Below, piece after piece: positions 56,155 to 64,000 of a stretch of 64,000 bases of DNA. The stretch is from Bacteroidota bacterium (GTDB lineage: Bacteria > Bacteroidota > Ignavibacteria > UBA10030). The DNA lies in the NCBI GenBank assembly GCA_050015675.1, contig JBEKAY010000014.1, forward strand, positions 5,604-69,603, given 5' to 3'. Every line of letters starts with the position of its first letter. The stretch's first letter is position 1. Under the pieces are notes generated by a model that saw only the letters and a list, made by a program, of their open reading frames with translations, made no database searches and was not told the DNA's origin. Both the position numbers and the translations under genes were made by a program.

Positions 56155-56935
56155 TCGTTCCGGTGCTCGCTTCCGCGCTCGGGCTCTGTTCGCTTCGCTC
56201 ACGACGGGCATTGCGTTGCTGTGCCTGCGGGGCTGTGTCAGCACTATCGTTTTTTCTGTTCTCACGGCTTTGTTGGTCGTGGGGCGCCGGCAGGCTGCTT
56301 CGGCTTGGGCTTGTCGGCGTGGGCAGTTGCTCGGCAGTTCTCGCCTACATAGGTGTTACTATGTTTTCGTCTTTCTCTTCCGTCGGCTTTTGCGGGTCGC
56401 GTTCGCTTCCTGCGTCTGCACAGCCGCTTGTCGCTTCCGTTGTCTCGTCTGTTCTCTCTGGGTCTTCTGCCCGCCTTGTCGTTGGCTGTTCTGTGGGGGC
56501 TGATGCTCTCGTTCTTTCTTCCGTTCCGTCAGCTTCGTTGTCTCGTGTCTCTGTCTTTGCAGCTTTCGGGTTCAGCGGCCGTGGTGCATGTTCGCTTTCG
56601 GCAGTTCCACTTGTTGCAGCTGCAGGTCGTGGTGGTGCATTTGTCAACTGGTGGTCAGGTGGTCGTCTCAGTGTTCCGCTTCGTCTTCGTCTCGCCAAGC
56701 GTTCGCTTGCTCTTGTTCAGTTTCTTGCGCGTCGTCATTCAGCGCTTGTCTGTTTTCTTGCCTCTCCAAAGTCTCGTGGTTCGTTGCTTGCTTGCCGTCT
56801 CGCAGCGCGTTTCGGTGTCACTGTGTTCGTCTTCTGTGTCGGTTTTTCTCCCTCTCGTTTGCCGCGTCTTGGTCGTGGTTCGTGGTCACTCGTTCAGGTT
56901 GCAGGTAGTTCAGCTTGTCAGTGGTCTCCCAAACC
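56155..56935 (+). other. Adenine-depleted tract (about 6 percent A on the + strand by hand count)
   Basis: I count 47 A in 56161-56930 (770 nt), and none in 56821-56887. The next 60 nt (56941-57000) contain 21 A. There are no stop codons in any forward frame, and reverse frames are largely open. Confidence 0.9.
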
Positions 56936-57437
56936 ATTGAAGAAGCGAGTGAAGGAATTCTATGAATCAATCACTTACAGCAAATACGACTTTCGCCGTC
57001 GTAAGAACGTGAGAAGAGTTCGTGAAGAATTCAAAAACGTTTTCGTAGTCGGTCTATTACTCTTTACGGTACTTGTTGCAATCACATTTAACTGTTGTAT
57101 GCCCATGCAATCACACCAATTATACCAACCACAGGTATCACATCAACAACAGAAATTACAACCGACTAAAAATATCAAGCAATACAGTGCAAGCGAACAA
57201 GAACTGCTGTTGCAGTTTGACGATGATACCGTATCAATGAAATGCTTGCAGTGGATTAATAACACTCCGTCAAAGCAACTTCGTTCAACTTTACGGAAAG
57301 CCAAAATCTATAACAATCGAATAGATACACTACTTTCAAATCGTCCATACACATCATGGACTGAAGTGTTTGACCTACCCAAAATTGGTATAAAAACTAT
57401 AGAAAAACTTATTACAACATGGAAATGTGTAAAATGA
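56361..57437 (+). CDS. Chimeric-composition protein: A-free-encoded N-terminal domain (possibly DprA/SLOG-like Rossmannoid), TM helix, and ComEA-like helix-hairpin-helix domain
   Basis: The frame is continuous with the 500-nt AT-rich ORF that stays open to 57437. ATG 56361 is preceded by AGGTG (an alternative GTG start lies at 56163). The frame shows a G-rich codon position 1 and T-rich position 3. C-terminal region: VVGLLLFTVLVAITF (TM) and INNTPSKQL...FDLPKIGIKTIEKL (HhH). Confidence 0.45.
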   Translation: MFSSFSSVGFCGSRSLPASAQPLVASVVSSVLSGSSARLVVGCSVGADALVLSSVPSASLSRVSVFAAFGFSGRGACSLSAVPLVAAAGRGGAFVNWWSGGRLSVPLRLRLAKRSLALVQFLARRHSALVCFLASPKSRGSLLACRLAARFGVTVFVFCVGFSPSRLPRLGRGSWSLVQVAGSSACQWSPKPLKKRVKEFYESITYSKYDFRRRKNVRRVREEFKNVFVVGLLLFTVLVAITFNCCMPMQSHQLYQPQVSHQQQKLQPTKNIKQYSASEQELLLQFDDDTVSMKCLQWINNTPSKQLRSTLRKAKIYNNRIDTLLSNRPYTSWTEVFDLPKIGIKTIEKLITTWKCVK

Positions 57438-57625
57438 TTACAGCAGAATTTACACAAGAGGAAGTTCAATCTCTCATTCAATCGCTCGAATCAGAGCGTG
57501 ACCAATATCTTAAGGAGTATGGCTCAAACAGGTACAGCTTCGTTCGTGAAATCGCGGAACGGGTAGTTGAGAAGAATAATCTACTTATTCAGAAACTGGA
57601 ATCACTAATATTCAAGGTAGGGTAG
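57434..57625 (+). CDS. Small hypothetical helical protein
   Basis: ATGA overlap with the preceding stop. 63 aa. Confidence 0.4.
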   Translation: MITAEFTQEEVQSLIQSLESERDQYLKEYGSNRYSFVREIAERVVEKNNLLIQKLESLIFKVG

Positions 57626-57627
57626 AT

Positions 57628-60600
57628 TTATTTATTCTTATATGTAATAACATTTTCTCTAAACCAGTATGCTTCTGATGAACCTAAATCAATCATGTTG
57701 TCCAAAATCCAGATGTAATCACTAATTAATTGTTTACTATTCTTAATTTTTAAAATATGGTTATAAAAGAGTCTTTTAATTAATCTCTCACCCGATGACG
57801 AAACAAGATTTATTATTTCACTAGGATTTGCTTTCAGAATATTTACTATCAAACTAATTCCATCTGGAAGAAATGACTTTTCTCCAACAGTTGAGAAGAC
57901 ATTAATTATATATTTAGAATTGCTTTGTCCAAATTCTTGTATCAATTTTATGTAAAAATCCTTCATCATTTCTAATGCTTTCCAATGAGATGCTTCTTGT
58001 TTCCATTCTACATCAAGAAAGAGGATAGATGCAAAGTATGATTTTCCGCTTGTCTTTACAACCTCATAAAAATAATTCCATATATTTAAAAAGTTCTCTA
58101 TAGATTTGTTAATCAAAATATTGTCTTTTGAATTAGCTATTATTTCGTCGAGCTTATAAATTGTTCGCTCTAATGTCTTTGAAACAAAATCATAAAGATC
58201 ATGTCGGTCGTGTGATTCAATATCATATTCTATTTGATATATTGGTTTTATTAAGAAGTCGATTATTGTTTTTGATAGTTTTATGTCCGATATAATTAAT
58301 AGTTCGGCGAAGTATTGTTCTAAATCGAGCCTACTTTCAATATGAATTTCTCTTTTCTGCTTCTTTCTATCATACCCATAATCTTCTTCTTTTTTTAAAT
58401 CATCGATTACAACCGGAATCAACTTATTTATAAAATTGAAATATTCAATGTCATCGATATAGTATGGTGTAACAGCTAAAGCTCTTGTTAATATATAGCA
58501 TTCATACGATTCAAAACTGATATTATCGATATTTAAATCTATATCTTTTGTTGATGAGATAAAGTTGAAGAAATCATTCTCTTTTTTATTATGAGCTTCA
58601 ATTTCTTTTTTATTGGGCAAATAATGAATAATCGGATTGGCTTTTCTAAATTCAGCATATACTATTAGTCCTTTCCAGATCCTTTTGGCCTCACTTGGAA
58701 TGGACCTAAAAAACGTATTTCTAACATATTCTAATATATAATCGACCTCATGATCATTAAATGGAGCTATTAACAAGTTTATTATCATTCCGATGATACT
58801 GTTTTTATCTTCTTCGGAATCTAATTCCTGATAGACCAAATGTATTGATTTTATAGCGGTTTCCTTCTCCATAATATTATAGGAAACATTAAAGTTGTAA
58901 TCTCTTTCAAATGTATTCCGGAGAATCACAAAATTAGTATCAATAATAGTTTTTAGACACCATTCTTTTTCCTCTGAGCTTAATTTATCTGGATAATTTC
59001 TAAGGCCCAAAACAGCTAAAGATACAGGCCTATCATATAGGTTGTTTCGACTATTTGGTCTCGAATAATAGATGAAGCATTCTTTCCAAAAATCATAGGT
59101 TATATCTTCTTTTCCATCATGTGCTTTCCAAATTTTGTTTGAGTAATTTAGGGAAGTATTTTGCGTTTCTATTTCATCCTTGTTTGAATTAAGAAATTCA
59201 GTAACCTCTTCATCGTATTTTGGCTTAATTGGGAATCCGCCTAGTTGCTTATCGTACTCTCCAACTTCATGATTGCGAACATCTATTTCTGTTAATATTT
59301 TTTTCCAGACAACATCCTCCTCAGAAATCCGTTCTTTTAGTCTATCAAAAACTTGATGAATTTCCTTGTTTAATACTCTAACATTGAATTGATAATTTGT
59401 AATAAAATCACATAACCCCCTAGAATACATTCTCCTATGCGGCAATTGATTCAACCTGTGTCTTTCTTTTTGAGCGAATGAGATTTCAAAATCCATTGGT
59501 GATAATGCCGAAGATTCTTGGAGACTCCGTTGGATATCCCATAAATAAAACTCCTTTACTGTTAATAATGGTAATAGTTCTTTCCCAACTTCATCAGGAT
59601 GTGCAATTGCTACGCCGCAAAGTAATCCACAAATTGTCACATTATTACTGTTTTTCAATAAATAGTCGAATGCCTGTTGAAGGATTCTTTTACTTGAATC
59701 GGTCTTTATGCTTGCTATTTCTAAAAGATATTTCTCAAGGCTCATAAGAATACATTCTAAAGCATCATGAGTTACACTCAATCCTCTGTAAGCTGCCCAA
59801 AGCTCCCAAGCTGCCCATAGTGTCCTTGTAGATCCGTCATTTAATTCGATTTCGACTTTATCAATTTGATGTTTGTATTCACCTTTTGCACTTACATAAA
59901 AATCTATCGAATAATTTAGAAATTCTATAATGAATCTTAGTCCAATATGCGGATGAGTAATGAGAAGGTTGTAAATTGGTGTTTTATATACACCACCAGG
60001 AGAAAATGATTGCCTGTCTTCAATACCCCAACATTCTTCGCTCCTTAATACATCCTTACGAAAATATATATTCTCATTGTTCCCTTTAGATTCCTCAGGT
60101 ATTTTTAATTTCCATTCCTTCCAGGCGACCATTACAATTAATTCCGGCATTTCTTTGGCGAGTTCACGTGTATACAAACCAGAAAGGCATATTTTAATAA
60201 CATTTTCATAAAACGATACTAACTTCCGATTCTTTCTTTCTTCCTTTTCTTTGAAACTTCTTTCTATGAGATGCGTGATTTCTGATTTTGATACTCTAGC
60301 GAGATTGAATAAAAGAGAAATTAGTTTGCGATTTATTTTTCTAGTATTATCTTGCTGCCAGAATGTATCTCCTGATTCGATTTGATTTATAAAATGGATA
60401 GTTATTTTCTTTATCACTTGTAACTCGTTATCATAAACATTCGATTGAAAGACTAGTCGATATTCCCAATCTAACAGCAAGTTCGCTATCGATAATCTGT
60501 ACTTATTTAGATGTTGAATGTGCTTTTCGATAAACACCAATATTTCTGTCCATCCAGACCCAATGGGTATAAGTATTGATAAACTAGTGTTTCCCTTGCA

Positions 60601-62661
60601 CGCTGTTCGAATAATATGTATACACCGATTTAGAAACTCGCCTTCATTCTCCAAGAGTGTTGATTGGAAATCACTAAAAAAAGATGCGCTCGTATCAGAT
60701 TTAAAAATCGCGATTAATATTTCATCTGCCCAATATTTATCAATGGACTTGTCTTGTAGAGTTGACAAAATTAATTTGTTAATGCTCTCATTATAATCCA
60801 CTAAATTATCTTCAATCCACAATCTAAAAGCTCTTCTTATTGCAGGTTCGTTGCCTAAATTATTAAATAAATCTTTAGGTTTGGAGAAATTGTCAAGCTT
60901 GGCTTGTACATATTTTATTAATGCCCAATCTTCAAGAATATCATGCGTTGGAGAAAACTTATACTCTCCTTTTTCTCGAATAATTACTTGATCTTTTTCT
61001 AACGCCTCAATTCCTTCTTCAAGATTGTCGTCAGGTTCGACAAAAAGTTTCATTTCTTTTGCTCGTTTTATGGCAATGTTTGAAAATGCTTTGCTTCGTT
61101 TTCTCGCCAATCCCCCCTTTTTTGTTGTGATGTCTTCAATAATATTGTTCCATAATTTCTTCTTAAAATCAGAAATGGAAACATTGGATAAATCTTCTGT
61201 TTCTCTTGATAGAGATATCAAGGCAAAATCAAGATACTTTGGACTTCTTAATAGGGTCCGGAGTTTATGGTTATTGAGAACCGGTACTAATTGTTGATAT
61301 CTTTCAGAAACCATTCTCAATTCATCATCATTTAATTCTGGAAGGTTTATTATGCTAAGTTTGATATTTTCGATCCCAAACTTTTGAATAATTAGATCAA
61401 CTGCATATTTTCTTGAAGTTGCAATGATATTTATATCCGAATAATCTGACAATAAAGATAAAAGTTGTTTAAATGCATTATCAGGATCACCCTCTAGTAA
61501 TTTCTCCAAACTATCAATTACAATCAGTTTATCAGGAATAAGCGATACGCACGAAATGATTTCTTGAATTGGTTCATGGATGCTAAGCTTTGCAAATACA
61601 TTAGAAAGATGTTGTTCGTTTAATTGATCTGCTCTAAAAATTATATTAAATGCCTGAAAATAATCTTTTTCTAAAATCTCCTTCACGATTGCAGATTTAC
61701 CTACTCCGGGATTGCCTGTTACGATCGTCAATCTATTATCGTTTATTGAATTCAATATATCTGAATGAATCTCTGTCCTTTGTAGGTGGAGGTCACCAAT
61801 TGTACTCTTTAAGGGTTTTATTATTATCGCACTATCATATCTTAGCTTTTGAATTGATTTAGAAAATGGTGTTATTTTTAGGATGTCAAAATGTTTGAAG
61901 ATATCGTGCTTAATTATACTTTCAAATGTAATGCTTCCTCCGTCTTTATTGTGCTTGGCAGCAATTGAATATATACTATCCCAAATATCCTTTTCACTGG
62001 ACGATGAAGCATTGCTTTTTGAAAGCTTTATTAGATTTAAGAAGTAAACTTCATCGATACTACCTTCATTTAGAAAATCATATTCTAAAAGATCAATGCA
62101 TCTAAGGAATTGCCAAAGATCCTTCTGCGTTATTGATTTGCCGTTATTAATTTGGTTTAAAACGTTCCAAAAAATATTTGCATATTCTTTTTTCTCTTTT
62201 ATTCTGTTAACTTCTTTGAAATAATCGAGTTCATTTGCATGTGTTTTTGCCCAATTAAGTAATGGTTTGATGTGGTCTCTTTCGTTTTTTGTAAGCCCAC
62301 TTTTTATAATAACCAGCCTATCCTTCTCTTTATTGAAGATCGAATCATTATTAAAATCCTTCCAAAACGCTTCAATTACTTTTCTAAAAAGAGTATTTGT
62401 TTTAGCATCAGAGAACGTAATATTGTGTTTAATTTGTGCTAAAAGTCTAAAATCGCCTTGATCAGATTTGGCAATTGCCAACAGATCATCTGTCTGATAT
62501 CCTCTGCTTGTAGTTTGAAAAGCAATCTCTATCAATTGTGCATTTACTATACAAGGTATATTGCCTTTTACAATCAAAGTAGTTAAGAACGCACTTTGAA
62601 CATATTGTTCAAAATTAGTTCCACCGCCACCTTTTTGAAAGACGCTTCCTTTTTCTGACAT
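57628..62661 (-). CDS. Giant STAND NTPase with N-terminal PD-(D/E)xK nuclease-like domain and long helical-repeat C-terminus (Avs-like antiviral STAND)
   Basis: N-terminal GGGGTNFEQYVQSAFL...QTDDLLAIAK...RLLAQIKH (D...QxK nuclease pattern). Walker A IVTGNPGVGKSAIV and Walker B KLIVIDSLEKL. More than 1100 aa of helical repeats follow. Confidence 0.75.
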   Translation of the reverse strand: MSEKGSVFQKGGGGTNFEQYVQSAFLTTLIVKGNIPCIVNAQLIEIAFQTTSRGYQTDDLLAIAKSDQGDFRLLAQIKHNITFSDAKTNTLFRKVIEAFWKDFNNDSIFNKEKDRLVIIKSGLTKNERDHIKPLLNWAKTHANELDYFKEVNRIKEKKEYANIFWNVLNQINNGKSITQKDLWQFLRCIDLLEYDFLNEGSIDEVYFLNLIKLSKSNASSSSEKDIWDSIYSIAAKHNKDGGSITFESIIKHDIFKHFDILKITPFSKSIQKLRYDSAIIIKPLKSTIGDLHLQRTEIHSDILNSINDNRLTIVTGNPGVGKSAIVKEILEKDYFQAFNIIFRADQLNEQHLSNVFAKLSIHEPIQEIISCVSLIPDKLIVIDSLEKLLEGDPDNAFKQLLSLLSDYSDINIIATSRKYAVDLIIQKFGIENIKLSIINLPELNDDELRMVSERYQQLVPVLNNHKLRTLLRSPKYLDFALISLSRETEDLSNVSISDFKKKLWNNIIEDITTKKGGLARKRSKAFSNIAIKRAKEMKLFVEPDDNLEEGIEALEKDQVIIREKGEYKFSPTHDILEDWALIKYVQAKLDNFSKPKDLFNNLGNEPAIRRAFRLWIEDNLVDYNESINKLILSTLQDKSIDKYWADEILIAIFKSDTSASFFSDFQSTLLENEGEFLNRCIHIIRTACKGNTSLSILIPIGSGWTEILVFIEKHIQHLNKYRLSIANLLLDWEYRLVFQSNVYDNELQVIKKITIHFINQIESGDTFWQQDNTRKINRKLISLLFNLARVSKSEITHLIERSFKEKEERKNRKLVSFYENVIKICLSGLYTRELAKEMPELIVMVAWKEWKLKIPEESKGNNENIYFRKDVLRSEECWGIEDRQSFSPGGVYKTPIYNLLITHPHIGLRFIIEFLNYSIDFYVSAKGEYKHQIDKVEIELNDGSTRTLWAAWELWAAYRGLSVTHDALECILMSLEKYLLEIASIKTDSSKRILQQAFDYLLKNSNNVTICGLLCGVAIAHPDEVGKELLPLLTVKEFYLWDIQRSLQESSALSPMDFEISFAQKERHRLNQLPHRRMYSRGLCDFITNYQFNVRVLNKEIHQVFDRLKERISEEDVVWKKILTEIDVRNHEVGEYDKQLGGFPIKPKYDEEVTEFLNSNKDEIETQNTSLNYSNKIWKAHDGKEDITYDFWKECFIYYSRPNSRNNLYDRPVSLAVLGLRNYPDKLSSEEKEWCLKTIIDTNFVILRNTFERDYNFNVSYNIMEKETAIKSIHLVYQELDSEEDKNSIIGMIINLLIAPFNDHEVDYILEYVRNTFFRSIPSEAKRIWKGLIVYAEFRKANPIIHYLPNKKEIEAHNKKENDFFNFISSTKDIDLNIDNISFESYECYILTRALAVTPYYIDDIEYFNFINKLIPVVIDDLKKEEDYGYDRKKQKREIHIESRLDLEQYFAELLIISDIKLSKTIIDFLIKPIYQIEYDIESHDRHDLYDFVSKTLERTIYKLDEIIANSKDNILINKSIENFLNIWNYFYEVVKTSGKSYFASILFLDVEWKQEASHWKALEMMKDFYIKLIQEFGQSNSKYIINVFSTVGEKSFLPDGISLIVNILKANPSEIINLVSSSGERLIKRLFYNHILKIKNSKQLISDYIWILDNMIDLGSSEAYWFRENVITYKNK

Positions 62662-62682
62662 ATTTAGTTTCTTTCTAGAGTA

Positions 62683-63000
62683 CTATCGGATTGTAACGCT
62701 CAAAATGAAGTACTGTTTTATAAAAAAATCAATAAATAGCTTCAATGCGCTTTCTAAAGTAATATACTTGATCCGTAATGCGATATTATTATTGACAAAT
62801 GCATTAATAGCTTGTTCTCTTGTTGTCAGTTTACTTATTTCGTTCTCTAAATTCAAGTAAAGTGGCATAATCATCACTTTCAATTGTATTTCTCTTTGCT
62901 CTTCGTTATATTTCCGATGTAAAATATCATAAATGCCTAGTGTCCATGTGACCGTTTTGTGTCCAAGTGACCTAAATCGAACCGGCAAACTAAACAGCAC
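62683..63000 (-). CDS. Small hypothetical ORF immediately upstream of the STAND gene
   Basis: 21-nt gap to the STAND start. It would use a GTG start; an internal ATG at 62874 gives 63 aa. No family recognised. Confidence 0.3.
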   Translation of the reverse strand: MLFSLPVRFRSLGHKTVTWTLGIYDILHRKYNEEQREIQLKVMIMPLYLNLENEISKLTTREQAINAFVNNNIALRIKYITLESALKLFIDFFIKQYFILSVTIR

Positions 63001-63047
63001 CGGTGGTTTAGGTCATTTTCATTTCTATTCGATTAGAAAGGGACACA

Positions 63048-63287
63048 ATGAAATCACTGGAAGGTTTCGAGCACGTTACTCTATCATACGATAAACCAAT
63101 CTCAATTTCAAAAAAAGCATTTCAAATATTTCACAATATCAATGGAAGTATGAGGGCAGTTAATGATCAAGGAGTAATCATTATTCAGACGAAGAAACTC
63201 AAGGGGAAGTCGCGGGAAATCGCACGTATTGATACGAGGAATCAAGAAGTTACTTTCGGATTAGCAATTGATGATGTTCCGGAATAG
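63048..63287 (+). CDS. Small hypothetical protein
   Basis: 79-aa ORF divergent from the STAND operon. No family recognised. Confidence 0.35.
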   Translation: MKSLEGFEHVTLSYDKPISISKKAFQIFHNINGSMRAVNDQGVIIIQTKKLKGKSREIARIDTRNQEVTFGLAIDDVPE

Positions 63288-63355
63288 AATTGTATTCATT
63301 CTAGCGTCATAATCATTCAAATTAATCTACCATCTACCACACAGGGGAGAATTAT

Positions 63356-64000
63356 ATGTCAAACAACGGAAACAACAACAATTCTCGTTTTACCACTCGA
63401 GATAAATATGAAGAATGTTATAACCTTACTTTCCTTCAATCAGATATGGGAGTTTGGCTTGCTCAATTCCACGAACCAATGCCGATAAATTTACCTATTG
63501 ATCAACAAGTTGAGCACTTACTCAAGCATGCATATCTTTCTGATTGCAATTATGCATTTGTCAAGATGTACGGATACGACTTACCAAAAGATATGATCGG
63601 CATGAGTTTCACTCAGTTGTTTGACAATGGTGAGGTGTCAAATCTAAACAATCTCCATGAGTTTCTAAAGAACGGCTATAAAGTACGTAATAAAGAAACG
63701 ATCGAGATCGGAAAGAATGTAATTCGTAAACATTTTCTAAATGATATAATCGGAATAGTGGAAGATAATCATCTTGTCCGTGTCTGGGGAGTCCAACGCG
63801 ACATTACCACGGAAAAGGCAATTGAAGAAGAAAACAAAAAAATCCTTCAGCAATTAACTCCACAGGAATTAACGATTCTTAAGCTTACTGTTGACGGAAA
63901 ATCGTTGAAAGAAATTGGAGATACGATTGGCGTGAATCACAAGACCGTTGACTCCCTTCGAGCCAAGATAAGGACAAAGCTCAATGTTTCATCGTTGGCA
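63356..64000 (+). CDS. PAS-like sensor domain plus LuxR/GerE-type HTH regulator (3' end outside the window)
   Basis: ATG 63356 follows GGGGAGA. It translates MSNNGNNNN...YGYDLPKDMIGMSFTQLF...VWGVQRDITTEK (PAS-like), then LTPQELTILKLTVDGKSLKEIGDTIGVNHKTVDSLRAKIRTKL (GerE HTH). The frame is open to the window edge. It is not in the ORF track because it has no stop. Confidence 0.7.
   Translation, partial: MSNNGNNNNSRFTTRDKYEECYNLTFLQSDMGVWLAQFHEPMPINLPIDQQVEHLLKHAYLSDCNYAFVKMYGYDLPKDMIGMSFTQLFDNGEVSNLNNLHEFLKNGYKVRNKETIEIGKNVIRKHFLNDIIGIVEDNHLVRVWGVQRDITTEKAIEEENKKILQQLTPQELTILKLTVDGKSLKEIGDTIGVNHKTVDSLRAKIRTKLNVSSLA

Noticed and set aside
56002-56940. Five overlapping + strand ORFs and one - strand ORF (56002-56352, 56150-56503, 56353-56940, 56588-56908, 56345-56698) that look like densely overlapping genes
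   Set aside because: They are a by-product of adenine depletion, since no TAA, TAG or TGA is possible on the + strand and almost no T-containing stops on the - strand. Only the frame continuous with the AT-rich ORF to 57437 has independent support.
1-64000. Search for tRNA/tmRNA, rRNA, CRISPR repeats, and reverse transcriptase (YxDD) or integrase genes that could explain the island borders or the adenine-free tract
   Set aside because: I recognised none by eye on either strand. This is a negative result from manual reading only and should be confirmed with tRNAscan-SE, Infernal, CRISPR finders and HMM searches.

Overview
AT-rich bacterial chromosomal segment. Gene content, such as a propeller/Y_Y_Y hybrid-sensor ectodomain, suggests an FCB-group organism like Bacteroidota or Ignavibacteriota (inference only). 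The left ~13.5 kb holds ordinary accessory genes: an ABC exporter, secreted hydrolases and a NucA-type nuclease. These are mixed with decay relics (IS transposase edge, truncated sensor, kdpB fragment) and two repeat families. From ~13.6 kb to the right edge the window is a dense, mosaic defence island with eight parts. (i) A ~10.5-kb block bracketed by ~70-nt structured direct repeats encodes a glycosyltransferase-STAND-FGE fusion with a histidine phosphatase, NUDIX, PPDK-like kinase, nucleotidyltransferase and Ntn amidohydrolase; this is a candidate undescribed small-molecule or nucleotide-based system. (ii) A PLD-SNF2 nuclease-helicase with an Eco57I-like N6A methyltransferase and an inserted SEC-C/HEPN-like gene. 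(iii) An ABC-3C three-gene system. (iv) An orphan MfnB/DUF556-like aldolase. (v) Gabija gajAB. (vi) A translationally coupled 4-gene operon: unknown protein, PLD nuclease, SNF2-like helicase and DUF2779 dual nuclease. (vii) A phage/plasmid-derived module (sigma-like, Gp157, DarB-like methylase-helicase) carrying a ~780-nt tract almost devoid of adenine on the coding strand; this is the most unusual signal in the window. (viii) A 1677-aa nuclease-STAND (Avs-like) gene. I recognised no rRNA, tRNA, CRISPR array, integrase or reverse transcriptase. All family assignments come from motif recognition by eye, not from database searches.
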